Positions 12,396 through 24,040 of a DNA stretch of 64,000 nucleotides are shown here, one piece after another. Within the stretch, counting starts at the first letter, position 1. Each line of letters begins with the position of its first letter. This DNA is from the human T2T-CHM13v2.0 reference genome, Homo sapiens: assembly GCF_009914755.1 (NCBI RefSeq), contig NC_060929.1; one strand, 5' to 3'. The position numbers and the translations under genes are program-made. Below the pieces are notes generated by a model that ran no database searches, was not told where the DNA came from, and worked only from the letters and a program-made list of their open reading frames with translations.

Positions 12396-15300
12396 CAGGC
12401 ATACCTCAAAGATATAGCAGGTACAGTTTCAGACCACTGCAATAAAGCAAATATTGTAATACAGTAACTCACATGAATTTTTTTGTTTCTCAGTGAATAT
12501 AAAAGTTATGTTTACATTGCACTATCCTGCAGTCTATTAGGTGTGTAATGGCATTGTAACTAAAAAGTGTACACACTTTAGTTAAAAATACTTTATACTA
12601 GAAAATGCTAACGATCACCTGAGCCTTCAGCAACTTGTACTCTTTTTGCTGACAGAGGGTCTTGCCTAAATGGTGGTAGCTGATGACTGATCAGAGTGGG
12701 GGTTGTGAAGGTTGGGGTGGCTATGTCAATTTCTTAAAATAATACAACAATGAAGTTTGCCACATCCATTGACTCTTCCTTTCATGAAAGATTTCTCTGT
12801 AGCATGTGGTGCTGTTTGATAACATTTTTCCCTCAGTATATCTTCTTTCAAAATAGAAGTCAGTTCTCTCAAGCCCTGCCACTGCTTTATCAAGTAAGTT
12901 TATATTATATTCTAAAACCTTTGCTGCTATTTCAACAATGTTCACAGCGTCTTCATCAGATGTAGATTCCATTTCAAGAAATCACTTTCTTGGCTCCCAT
13001 AAGAAGTAGCTCCTCATCTCTTCAAGTTTTATCATGAAATTGCAGCAATTCAGCCACTTCTGCAGTTACTTCCTCTACTGCAACCTTGAAACTTTCAAAG
13101 TCATCATGAGGGTTAGCATCAACTTCTTCCAAATGCCGGTAAATGTTGATATCTTGACCTCTTCCTGAGAGTCATAAATGTTCTTAATTGTATCTAGAGT
13201 AGTAAATACTTTCCAGAAGTTTTAAAATTTACTTTGCCCAGATCCTTTAGAGAAATCACTATCTATAGCAGCTACAGCTATATGAAATGTGTTTCTTAAA
13301 TAGTATGACTTGAAAGTCAAAATGACTCCTAGATCCATTGATTGCAGAATGAATGTTGTTTTTGCAGGCATGAGAGAAACATTCATCTTCTTGTATACCT
13401 TCATCAGAGTTCTTGAGTGATCAGGTGCGTTGTCAATGAGCAGTAATATTTTGAAATAAATCTCTTTTTCCTAAGCAGTAGGTCTCAATAGTGGGCTTAA
13501 AATATTCAGTATATCATGCTGCAGACAGAAATACGGTAATACAGGCTTTGTTGTTCCATTTATAGAGCACAAAGAGAGTAGATTTAGCATATTTAATTTA
13601 ATTTAATTTTAAGTTGTTGGATACACGTGCAGGACATGCAGGTTTGTCACATAGATAAATGTGTGTCCTGGTGGTTTGTTGCACCTATCAACTCATCACC
13701 TAGGACTTAAGCCCCACATGCATTAGCTATTTATCCTGATGCTCTCCCTCCCCTAGCACCCCCTGAATGGGCCCCAGTGTGTGTTGTTCCCCTCCCTTTG
13801 TCCATGTGTTCTCATTGTTCAGCTCCCACTTATAAGTGAGAACATGTGGTGTTTCGTTTTCTGTTCCTGAGTTAGTTTGCTGAGAATAATGGCTTCCAGC
13901 TCCATCCATGTCCCTGCAAAGAATATAATCTCATTTTTTTTATGACTGCATAGTGTTCCATGGTGTATATGTACCATATTTTCTTTATGCAGTCTATCAT
14001 TGGTGGGCATTTGGGTTGATTCCATGCCTTTGCTATTGTGAATAGTGCTGCAATGAACATACATGTGCATGTATTTTTATAATAGAATGATTTATATTCC
14101 TTTGGGCATATACCCAGTAATGGGATTGCTGAGTCAAATGGTATTTCTGGTTCTAGGTCTTTGAGGAATTGCCACACTGTCTTCCACAATGGTTGAACTA
14201 ATTTACATTCCCAGCCACAGTGTAAAAGCGTTCCTATTTCTCCACAGCCTCAACAGTATCTGTTGTTTCTTGACCTTTTAATAATCGCAATTCTGACCGG
14301 CATGAGATGGTATCTCATTGTGGTTTTGATTTGCATTTCTGTAATGATCAATGATGTTGAGCTTTTTCTCATGTGTCTGTTGGCTGTATGTATGTCTACT
14401 TTTGAGAAGTGTCTGTTCATGTCCATCAGATTAACAGCAGACCTTTCAGAAGAAACCCTACAAGCTAGAAGAGATTGGGGGCCAAGATTCAACATTCTTA
14501 AAAAAAAAAAAGAATTTCAAACCCAGAATTTCAAAGCAGCCAAACTAAACTTCATAAGCAAAGGAGAAATAAAATCCTTTTTAAACAAGCAAATGATGAG
14601 GGAATTAGTCACCACCAGGCCTGCCTTGCAAGAGCTCCTGAAGGAAGCACTATGTAAAGGAGAAACCATTACAAACCACTGCAAAACCATACCAAAATAT
14701 AAAGACCAAGGACACTATATAGCAACTGCATCAACAAGTCTGCAAAATAACCAGCTAGCATCATGATGACAGGATCAAATTTACACATAACAATATTAAC
14801 TTTAAATGTAAATGAGTTAAATGCCCCAATTAAAAGACACAGAATGGCAAGCTGGATAAAGAATCAAGACACATCAGTGTGCTGTATTCAAGGGACTCAT
14901 CTCATGTGCAAAGATACACAAAGGCTCAAAATAAAGGGATGGAGGATAATTTACCAAGAAAATAGAAAGCGGAAAAAAGCAGGGGTTGCAATCCTAGTTT
15001 CTGACAAAACAGATTTTAAACCAACAAAGATCAAAAGAGACAAAGAAGGACATTACATAATGGTAAAGGGATTAATTCAACAAGAAGGGCTAACTATCCT
15101 AAATATATATGCACCCAATACATGAACAGCCAGATTCATAGAACAAGTTCTTAGAGACCTACCAAGAGACTTAGACACAATAACAGTGGTAGACTTAAAC
15201 ACCCTACTGTCAATATTAGGCAGATAATCAAGACAGAAAATTAACAAGGATATTCAGGACCTGAACTCAGCTCTAGGTCAAGTGAACCTGATAGGTATCT

Positions 15301-16780
15301 GCAGAACTCTCCACCCAAAAACAATAGAATATACATTCTTCTTGGTGCCACAAGACAACTTACTCTAAAATCAATCACATAATTGGAAGTAAAACACTCC
15401 TCAGCAAATGCAAATGAACTGAAATCATAACAGTCTCTCAGACCACATCACAGTCAAACTGGAACTCAAGATTAAGAAACTCATTCAAAACCACACAACT
15501 ACATGGAAACTGAACAACCTGCTCCTGAATAACTCCTGGGCAAATAATGAAATTAAGGCAGTAGTCAAGAAGTTCTTTGAAACCAGTGAGCATAATTCTT
15601 AAGAGCCCTAGGATTTTTGAAATGCTAAATGAGCACTGGCTTTAATTTAAAGTCGCCAGCTGCATTAGCCCTAAGAGTAGAGTCAACCTGTCCTTTGAAG
15701 CTAGGCACTGACTTCTCCACTCTAACTATGAAAGTCCTAGGTGACATCTCTTCCAATGTAAGGCTGTTTCCTCCACATTGAAATCTGTTATTTAGTGTAG
15801 CCACTGTGATCAATGGCATTAGCTAGGTCTGGGTAACTTGATGCAGCTTCTACATCATTTGCTGCTTCACCTTTTACTTTGATGTTATGGAGATGGCTTC
15901 TCTCCTTTAAACCTCATGCACCAACCTCTCCTAGCATCTGACTTTTCTCCTTCAGCTTCCTCACCTCTCTCAGCCTTCATAGAAATAAGGAGAGTTTGGC
16001 GCTTGCTTGAGATTAGGCTTTGGTTTAAGGGAATGTTGTGGCTGGTTTGAACCTTCTGTCCAGACCACTAAAACTTTCTCTATATGAGCAAGAAGGCTAT
16101 TCGCTTTCTTACCACTCATGTGTTCACTGGAGTGGTATTTTTCAATTTCCTTCAAGAACTTCTTTGCTTCAAGAATTCAGAACTTCAAGAACTTTTATTT
16201 TTTTTTTTTGCATTCACAACTTGGATAGCTGCTTGGCACAAGAGGCTTAGCTTCCAGCCTATTTCAGCTTTCAACGTGCCTTCCTCACTAAGATTAATCA
16301 TTTCTAGCTTTTAATTTAAAGAAAAAGATTGAAAACTCTTGAACATGTAGAGGCCATTGTAGGATTATTAACTGGCCTAATTTTAATATTGTTGTGTCTC
16401 AGAGAATAGGGAGGTTTGAGGAGAGACAGAGAGATAATAAATGGACTAAATGGATGGTTGGTGGAGCAGTCAGAAAACACACAATCTATCACTTAAGTTC
16501 ACAATCTTATATAGGCATGGTTTTTGAAACCCTAACACAATTATGATAGTAACAACAAAGATCATTGGTCACACATAACACCGTAACAAATATAATGATA
16601 ATGAAAAAGTTTGAAATATTGTGAGAATTACCAAAATGAGACACAAAGTGAGCACATGCTGTGGAAAAATGGCATCAATACACTTGTTAGATGTAGAGTT
16701 TTCACAAACCTTCAATTGGTGAAAAAATAAAATATCTGTCAAGCACCATAAAGCAAAACACAATAAAATGAGGCATGCCT
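12396..16780 (-). mobile_element. Near full-length Tigger1 DNA transposon with decayed transposase, split by an L1
   Basis: TIRs caggcatacctc / gaggcatgcct; minus-strand ORF fragments [55 protein letters not shown] and ANAAGDFKLKPVLI are Tigger1/TIGD1-type transposase. Confidence 0.92.
13592..15590 (-). mobile_element. 5'-inverted L1 (about PA8A-PA10): 3' part on - (13592-14424), inverted ORF1-end/ORF2-EN part on + (14425-15590)
   Basis: T-rich tail at 13592; ORF 14263-14766 switches from antisense ORF2 to ORF1 ([16 protein letters not shown]); ORF2 start [16 protein letters not shown] at ~14766; Tigger1 rejoins across the agcata duplication. Confidence 0.88.
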
Positions 16781-18163
16781 CATTTGTATGTTTATGTATA
16801 CACACATACACACACAAACATACAGGCTGTATGTATACATATACACACACACAGCCTATTGGTTCTATTTCTCTAGAGAACACTATGACAGTGAAAGAAA
16901 AAAGATAATATACAGAGGAGCCCTGAGGCACCACAGATAGGAGTGAAGGCTTCCTGGAATTTCCAGCCCAGACCAACCCAGCCCAGCCCAGCTCAGCCCA
17001 GTCCTGTCACCAGTTGAATGCAGCTAGGTTGATGCCACATGAAGAGAAGAATCACCAAGCCAATACCTGATCTGGCCTAACAAATTGTGAGGAAAAAAAA
17101 TAATTATTGTTCTTAAGCCATTACATTAAGCCACAACATAAGGAAGTGAAACATCTTCTTTTCTTCCAGCCATTCTCTCTCCCATCCTAGACATAAGCTT
17201 AATCTTGTTTAGAGGGTTAGCTCTGAAGGAAGTGGAAGGTCAGCCTATAACTGGGAATTGCCCACCTCCAATCAGTAAAGTCTGAATTTTATTCAAACCA
17301 ATCATTTGGGATCATGTTTGCATTTATATGACAATTTGGAGATTTTTAATAGCCAGCTATTTGTTCATCTTATAGCTGTAGCCTTCATTTAAGGTCTCTT
17401 TATAAAGATAGATAGGAAAGGGGGAAAATCCAGACAAAGGAACTATAAGGGGAAAATAAAAGTTAGCCCTCCTACACAAAACCTCATTGGTCCCTAGAGT
17501 CTCTATGTCATAATAGATTCAGGAATGCAGTCATTGGAATGCAAGAAGGGCTGCTGCAAGTGGCACCAAGTCACTCAATGACATGCAACAAGAACAACTG
17601 GACACAGCTTTATACCTCCTGAGAGCAGTGTTAGGTAATAGGCATAGCCACAGAAGCCTTTGAGAATCCAAGCAAAATGAAATCAATTAAATTCTGCCTA
17701 TCGCTCTTCAAGGAAAATGTCACGCTGTAGCCACCTTGAGACGCAAGCTCAGGGCACAAGCAGTGCTATAACGTGGCAAACAACAAAAGTGGATGCAGAG
17801 TGCTGTGCAAAGCTGCTCAGAATAAGAATTTGTGGTAATTTTAAGCATGGGATCCATCTGTCAATGCAGGAAAATGACACATTTGAGGGTACATTTATTT
17901 ATGTAAGGAGTGTAAATTTTATACCATCATTAGCATACTGGATGAAAAGCTGAGGTCAAATTTCAAGTCAATTACCGGATGCTCTGTTATAAATGCAGGA
18001 ATACTAAATACACTAAGAATATTGGTATTGATACTTCTGTAAATCTAACCAGTGTTCTTCCTCTCTCAGGAGAAAGCAGGAGCAGACCCTGTCTTTAATG
18101 TCCTGGTGGTGGACCATTTCAAGTCCATCCTCAAGAAGCACATCTTAGCAGTAAATATTGCAT

Positions 18164-18316
18164 TTTTATTTTATTTTTACCTTAATTTTATTTTTTAAAA
18201 GAGATGGAGCCTTGCTACATTGTGTAGGCTAATCTCAAACTCCTAGGCCCAAGTGATTCTTCTGACTTGATCTCCCAAAGTGCAAGGATTGCAGGTGTGA
18301 GCCATCACACCTGGCT
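18164..18316 (-). mobile_element. FLAM / free left Alu monomer
   Basis: T-rich tail plus an antisense left monomer; TSD aatattgcat (18154-18163 / 18318-18327). Confidence 0.8.
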
Positions 18317-19334
18317 GAATATTGCATGTTTTTGTGTAATTAGTAGAAACAAACATCCCTCCTCTTTGGACATGGAGCTGTATTAATGGCTGCTGTATTA
18401 CTGGCTGCTGTCTTCCAGCTGTGGTTTTGTCAAAGATTCCAATTTAGAGAGCCAGAGTCTGGATAGGACAGTTTTAAAGGTCATTTTTTGTAGCTTTATT
18501 CTCCTTAAAAGAGCTCCTTTTCCAAAATCAGCTTAGCTTAGAAGATGGGCTAAAAACGTTTTTGTAGATGGACTCCTCTGTACCCATACCACCTCCTAAA
18601 GTTCCCTATAATCTTTCGAATAACAATAAAGTCACCATATTTATTGAATCCTTATAACAGAGGAGTATTCCTGTAGAAGAAATGGGGAAGTTAATTTAAG
18701 TTATGGAGAGTGCCTAGACTCAAGAATTTTATATTCCTTTAGACAAGGTCTTTAAATGTTTTCCTTTAATCATAATCCAATTTTTAAAATGTGAAAACCA
18801 ATTATGGCTCTAACTTTTTTGCTATACTTACCTCTTTCTATTACAGACAGGGATATCAATGAAGTTCTTGAGAGCATCCCAGCTCTCTCTCTGTCTAAGA
18901 TGTCACATCCCTCATTACATCTCAATGTCCCTCTCAGCCTGCGCTCCCAGGCTCCAGATACAGCTGCGAAGCCTCTATTACAAACATATTCCTTTGCCGA
19001 TGCTGACCCCTCATTGTTATTTGGTAATTACTTATTTCCACTTTAGTTGACTCCCTATCACAGACTCCACAGTGATGATTCTAATTCATTCCATTCTTCT
19101 TAGGCTCCTCTTGTGTCTCCCTGGTCCTCTAATTAGTAAGGCATTTCTTTCTGTGCCAAGTGGAAACCATTACATTGTCTCTCTCTCTTATCTATTTCAA
19201 AGACACCGAGTCTCCCTCCATCCGCATCTCTTTCCTCCTCCACTGATGCTGACTCCTCAACACATCTATAGCCTCAGCTCGACCTGTCACCAGCTCGGGA
19301 CATTAATGCTCCATTGAATGTCCCTGTGTCTCTA

Positions 19335-19554
19335 GCACAGTGGTTAAATTCAGGAGGCCTCTGGAGCAAAACCTCCTTCTTTGAATCCTGACACTCACTT
19401 GTTTGTACGACCTCTCTGTGCCTTAATCTCCTATCCAAAATATGAATAATAATAGCAGGATTTATCTCTTAGGTGTCTCATGAAGATTAAATTAGCTAAA
19501 GCATTTAGAACTCTCCACGGTGCATAATAAGCAGTCAAATAATGGCAGCTATTA
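19335..19554 (+). mobile_element. MIR
   Basis: cagtggttaa...tttgaatcctg...ctctctgtgcct...tgaagattaaa...taagcagtcaaataatggcagctatta. Confidence 0.7.
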
Positions 19555-20263
19555 TAGCATTCAGCCCTCCTTAAATTCTTTCTCTACCTCAACTGTTTTC
19601 TTAATTTCCCCATGTCCTTAGCATCTGGGCTCTTGTTTTCTTATTTCAACTTTTTTGTTTGAAAGCATGGTTTATACCTACCATTGAACTTGCTCATAGC
19701 TGCCTGACTCAACTCCTAGCAATTTCAGTTGCATTCCCCCCACCAATAATTTCCTAGACCTCAGCTCCAAAGGCCTGTTTCTTTTCTTATCTGTCTTCAT
19801 TTCCCCACTAACAATGTCTTTTAAGCCTTTCTTCCTGCTTCACATGCATCAATCACCCTGATGCTCCTAGTTTTCCCCTTTTCAGATTTCTTTCTCTACT
19901 TCTACAGGTCCCCTTCTCTCCACTCCTAAAAGGGTGTTACCTGAAGTTTGGCTCTATTCTTTTTTGTGTCACTGCTTCTCACACTAGTTGCATTATAAGG
20001 CTGGCTGAAACAACCTTAGAAGCAGAATAATTCATACTATTCCAGGTCAGCAAACTTCATGTTTTAAGTCCTGTAAGTAGAAAATATTCACATATAATGA
20101 GTGACTGGAAAATATGGTACATCAGAGTTGTTGGGGAAGCAAGTGTCACTAACACTGTAATCAAATCAAAGTGAACGTATGCACGACTGTGACCACAGAT
20201 ATCACTAATAATTCCCAACCATAGGGCTAGTATTTCTCTAAAAAATGGGTCAGAGAATTTTGC

Positions 20264-22014
20264 TCTTGATTTTCCTCAACATGTACAATGTCTTAGTAAA
20301 ACTAAAAAATTTTACAAAATACAATATTTTTAATATTCACTATTTTAGCTAAAACTGTAATATAATGAGAAAAGACTAAGAAAACTTATACTACTACCTA
20401 GATGGATTTTTCCTTAAAAAATAAATAGTATTCATGGTTAGAATTTTCTAATTCAACTATAAGTGAGAGGGAGAGAGAAAGAGAGAGAGAATTTATAAAA
20501 CAGTGTGTCTTCTTACAAACCATAATTGTTTATTTTATTTTTGATTGAACATGCACACACATAACCACTGGTTCAACCACATGTGGTTCAAGTACCACAA
20601 ATGTACTTAAACAAAAGTTCTGTGTACAGACATGAAACTATGCTTAGTTGCATTTCTTGTTGAAGCTAGTCTGAAAATAGCAATAAGTCTAGAGATTCTA
20701 ACTTTAGAGAACTGTCACTCTGTATTTATTGTTTCAAAGATGTATTTATTTAAAATTACAGTTTCAATTAGAAATTTACAGAGGTGGTCACAAGCAGTTA
20801 TGTTTGGAGCAAAAGCTTGTAAGTGGTAAAAATGGAAAAGATACTGAGATGAATTCAGAACAACCTTGAAGCATGGGGTACATCACAGGGCATTTGGTGA
20901 TTTAAGGCATCATGTAACAGTCCCCAAGCACAATTATGGAACTCCAAATGAGCACTGCAGTTGGCCACAAATTTGTAAGTCATATTTTGATGTTCATTTA
21001 AAACAGAGGTTTTTAAATCACGGTGGAGATACAAAATGAGCCTTATTTAGCTGTTCAGTGGAAAACTCTGAAAAATTGTTCCACGGAAACATCCATTGAA
21101 TATATAACATATAAATCAATTTGGAAAAACAGTTTGAAGTTAAAAGGCAAGAGAGCAAAATCTTGGTTATGAGCAATGCTTCAAACGCACAAACAAGCAG
21201 AGAAAAAAAAAAACTGCTTGAAGTATCATCAAGGTTTGTTTGTTTCAAAAGCAGCAAGGAAGGTAGAACTCCTGGCAAGGGATAGTTTGGTGGAGCTCTG
21301 TGTGGGCAAGTTAGATTAGATTTGTTCTGATTCAAAAAGAGGCACTTGAGATGTATTTTTGAGGTGTATTTTTACAGGACAAAGCATTGTTGAATAATCA
21401 AGAATATGAAGATAAATTGGATTTATACCAATTATTAGACTGAAGATACAGATGTAAATGATGTAACTACTTTATTAGTTGGCCTCACTTATAAAGTAGT
21501 CTGTCAAGATATTGCCAAAGAACTTGAAAGTAGAACTTATGAAAACGTTTGCAGCAAGATGTGAGCATTAGAAGAAAAATGTTAGACTCACATCTATGTT
21601 AAGCAAACCTTTGGAAGCAATAGTTTGAATCAAAGACATTATGCCCCCGACTACTCCAGCAACTAATGATTTTATTTATTCATCCCAAAGTTTTGAGCTT
21701 CTTGAATACCAACCACTATGCTAGATCCTGGGGATTCAACTCCAAGTAAAGCAGACATAGTCTTAACTTTAAAGTGTTTTGCATTTACCAAGAGACCACT
21801 CAAAACAACTTTTTTTCTTGATTTTTCTCAGCATGTAAAATGATTTAGTAAAGCTAGAAAATTTTACAATATACCATATTTTTAATATTTATTATTTTAG
21901 GTAAAATTCTAATATAATGAGAAGAGACTTAGAAAGCTTGTGCCACTACTAGATGTATTCTTCCTGAAAAATATAAATAGTACTCATGGTTAGAATTTTC
22001 TAATTCAACCATAA
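20264..22014 (+). repeat. 199-bp dispersed direct repeat (20264-20462 and 21816-22014)
   Basis: The two copies align end to end at roughly 85% identity by eye; both contain tcatggttagaattttctaattcaac. Confidence 0.9.
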
Positions 22015-22075
22015 ATTAGTTTATTTCCATGTAAGTAACAAAGACATCATGATTTAAAAAAAACCCTAAATATTA

Positions 22076-22206
22076 ATCACTTAAACCCAGGAGGTGGAGT
22101 CTCACTGCATTCAATCAGTTGAACCCAGTGAGACAAGATTGCACCACTACACTCCAGCCTGGGCAATACAGTGAGACCCTGTCTCAGAAACAACAAACAA
22201 ACAAAT
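22076..22206 (+). mobile_element. Truncated old Alu right arm (AluJ/FRAM-like) with an internal hairpin insertion
   Basis: cacttaaacccaggaggtggag...cactccagcctgggcaatacagtgagaccctgtctc plus (CAAA)n tail; TSD cctaaatatta (22065-22075 / 22207-22217). Confidence 0.8.
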
Positions 22207-22929
22207 CCTAAATATTATGAGTTAATTTATTTTTTATACTTAACAACAAATTGTGGGTCACATGGGATTGTCTAGTTAGCAGATTTTTCCCTCAAAGTCA
22301 GAACACTCTCATTCAACTATTAAAAAGGTAATGTGGTGATGGTTTTTATAAATGGTAGCAAAATTATAACATGAAATGATAGTTTGAGAGTTGAATAGAG
22401 ATATATCAGAATGTGAATAATTTGAGGCTCAGTTCATTTACATGTGCAAAAATTACAGCATTAGTCACGAAACAAAGATCACTATTCATATTTCTTCATT
22501 GAAAATGTCCTTGCTAAATATTTCCATGGGAATGTTTAAAACAAAACAACAACAACAGCAACAAAAACAGTGGACTAGAGACTCTTTTAGTCCACCCAGA
22601 CAAGTAGACAAGTGCTCCAATGACTCAGCAGTAAGATAGACACATTCACATTTTTGGCAAGAGCAGCCTGACAACATGGCATCATCCTTCCATTTATGAT
22701 TCTGGCCTTATCTTCACACATCATTCCTCATGCACAGATCATAAAATCTTTAAAGTGCTCACATGTACTTAATTAATTTGAGTCCTGAGAATGAGGAAAC
22801 ACCAAGACAAGAAAAAGTGTAGTGATACTGAACCGAATGTATGTGATTAGCTGTCTTTAACTCAGTCCAATTATACAGGAAAATGATAAACTCGATGAAT
22901 AATATTTAGGGGTTAGTCTTTTGCTCATC

Positions 22930-24040
22930 ACTTTCAACACCATGATAAGTCCATTAGCCATCCCCTCAGCTGTTTTCCCAGTTTTCACTTCTAGCCCCAT
23001 GCAACACATTTTCCACACCCTAGGCAGAGGAATCATTTACAAACTTAAATCAGATCGTTTAATCTTCTTGCTGAAAACCCTCAATGATTTGCCGTGGCAT
23101 TTAAAATAAAATCTACTTCTCAGCATGGTATCCCAGAACCGTGCTCACTCTTCAATTTCATTCTGCTTCATGTTTCTGTAGACTTCTTTTTTCTCCATAC
23201 TAATGAGCTTCTCACACCTAAAAGCCTTTACACACGCAAATTTTTTCTGTCCAGGTGACTTGTCCCAAAGTATAACTGTATCCTCGTTGTTATTCAGGGC
23301 TCAGTTCAAAGGTTACCTCTTCAGAGAAGTTTAGTCATACCCTCTCATTCCCCCGCCATTTTTTTCCTTCTCTCTTTTTTTCTTTTTAATTTTAGATTCA
23401 GGAGGCACATGTGTAGGTTTGTTACATGGATATGTTGCATGATGTTGAGGTTTGCTCTTCTATTGAACCTGTCACCTAAATAGTGAACATTGTACCCAAT
23501 AGATAGTTTCTTAACCCTTGCTCCACTCCCTCCCTCTTCCCTCTTGGAGTCTCTAGTGTCTATTGTTTCCATCTTTATATCTGTGTATAACCAGGGTTTA
23601 GCTCCCATTATAAGTGAGAACATGAGGTATTTGGTTTTCTGTTCCTGCTTTAATTCACTTAGGATAATGGCCACTAGCTACATCCATGTTGCTGAAAGGA
23701 CATGACTTTGTTCTTTTTTATGATTGCATAATATTCCATGGTATATATTTACCACATGGTGTATATGTACCTAGGTGTCAATAGGCACCTAGATTGACTC
23801 CATGTCTTTGCTGTTGCCCCCCACCACTCATCATCTCATCACTATGTTTTACTTCCATCATAGTACTTGTTTTCTGAAATATCTCATCCATTACTGGTCT
23901 CTTGTCTGTCTCCCTCTCACAACACTGTAAGCGTCATCACAGGCTTTGCCAGTTTCAGTCACAGGCATATCCCCAGGGCCTGGAATGGTGTCTGATGCAT
24001 GCTGGACACTCAATAAAGATTTGTTGATTAAATAAATGAA
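22930..24040 (+). mobile_element. L2 3' region, split by an L1 fragment
   Basis: Ends in cctggaatggtgtctg...ctcaataaagatttgttgattaaataaatgaa, the L2 3' terminus. Confidence 0.7.
23358..23816 (-). mobile_element. L1 3' end (about L1PA15/16)
   Basis: T-rich tail; antisense 3'UTR and ORF2 end (AIILSELKQEQKTKYLMFSLI); possible TSD cccccgcca / cccccacca. Confidence 0.8.

Larger units (their letters stand above)
11855..16890 (+). mobile_element. MLT2 (ERVL) LTR in two pieces (11855-12395 and ~16781-16890)
   Basis: Start tatgatgattaacttttatatgtcagcttggctag; ccctccataatgtggatgggcctca; end cctattggttctatttctctagagaac; contains the typical internal TC/TG/TA microsatellite. Confidence 0.8.
11590..17152 (+). 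mobile_element. MLT1 LTR in two pieces (11590-11854 and ~16891-17152), split by nested insertions
   Basis: 5' half ctgtgactttctttcaccaatagaatg...gggaagccagctgctatgctgtaaagaagccca; 3' half ccagcccag...aataattattgttcttaagcca...aaca. Confidence 0.7.

Noticed and set aside
14263-14766. 167-aa ORF as a novel protein
   Set aside because: It is a chance fusion of antisense L1 ORF2 and sense ORF1 across the inversion junction.
12396-16780. Domesticated TIGD-type gene
   Set aside because: The transposase is broken into short frames and interrupted by an L1 insertion.
16569-16976. 135-aa ORF
   Set aside because: It runs across MLT1, MLT2, a microsatellite and the Tigger1 end, with no coding signature.
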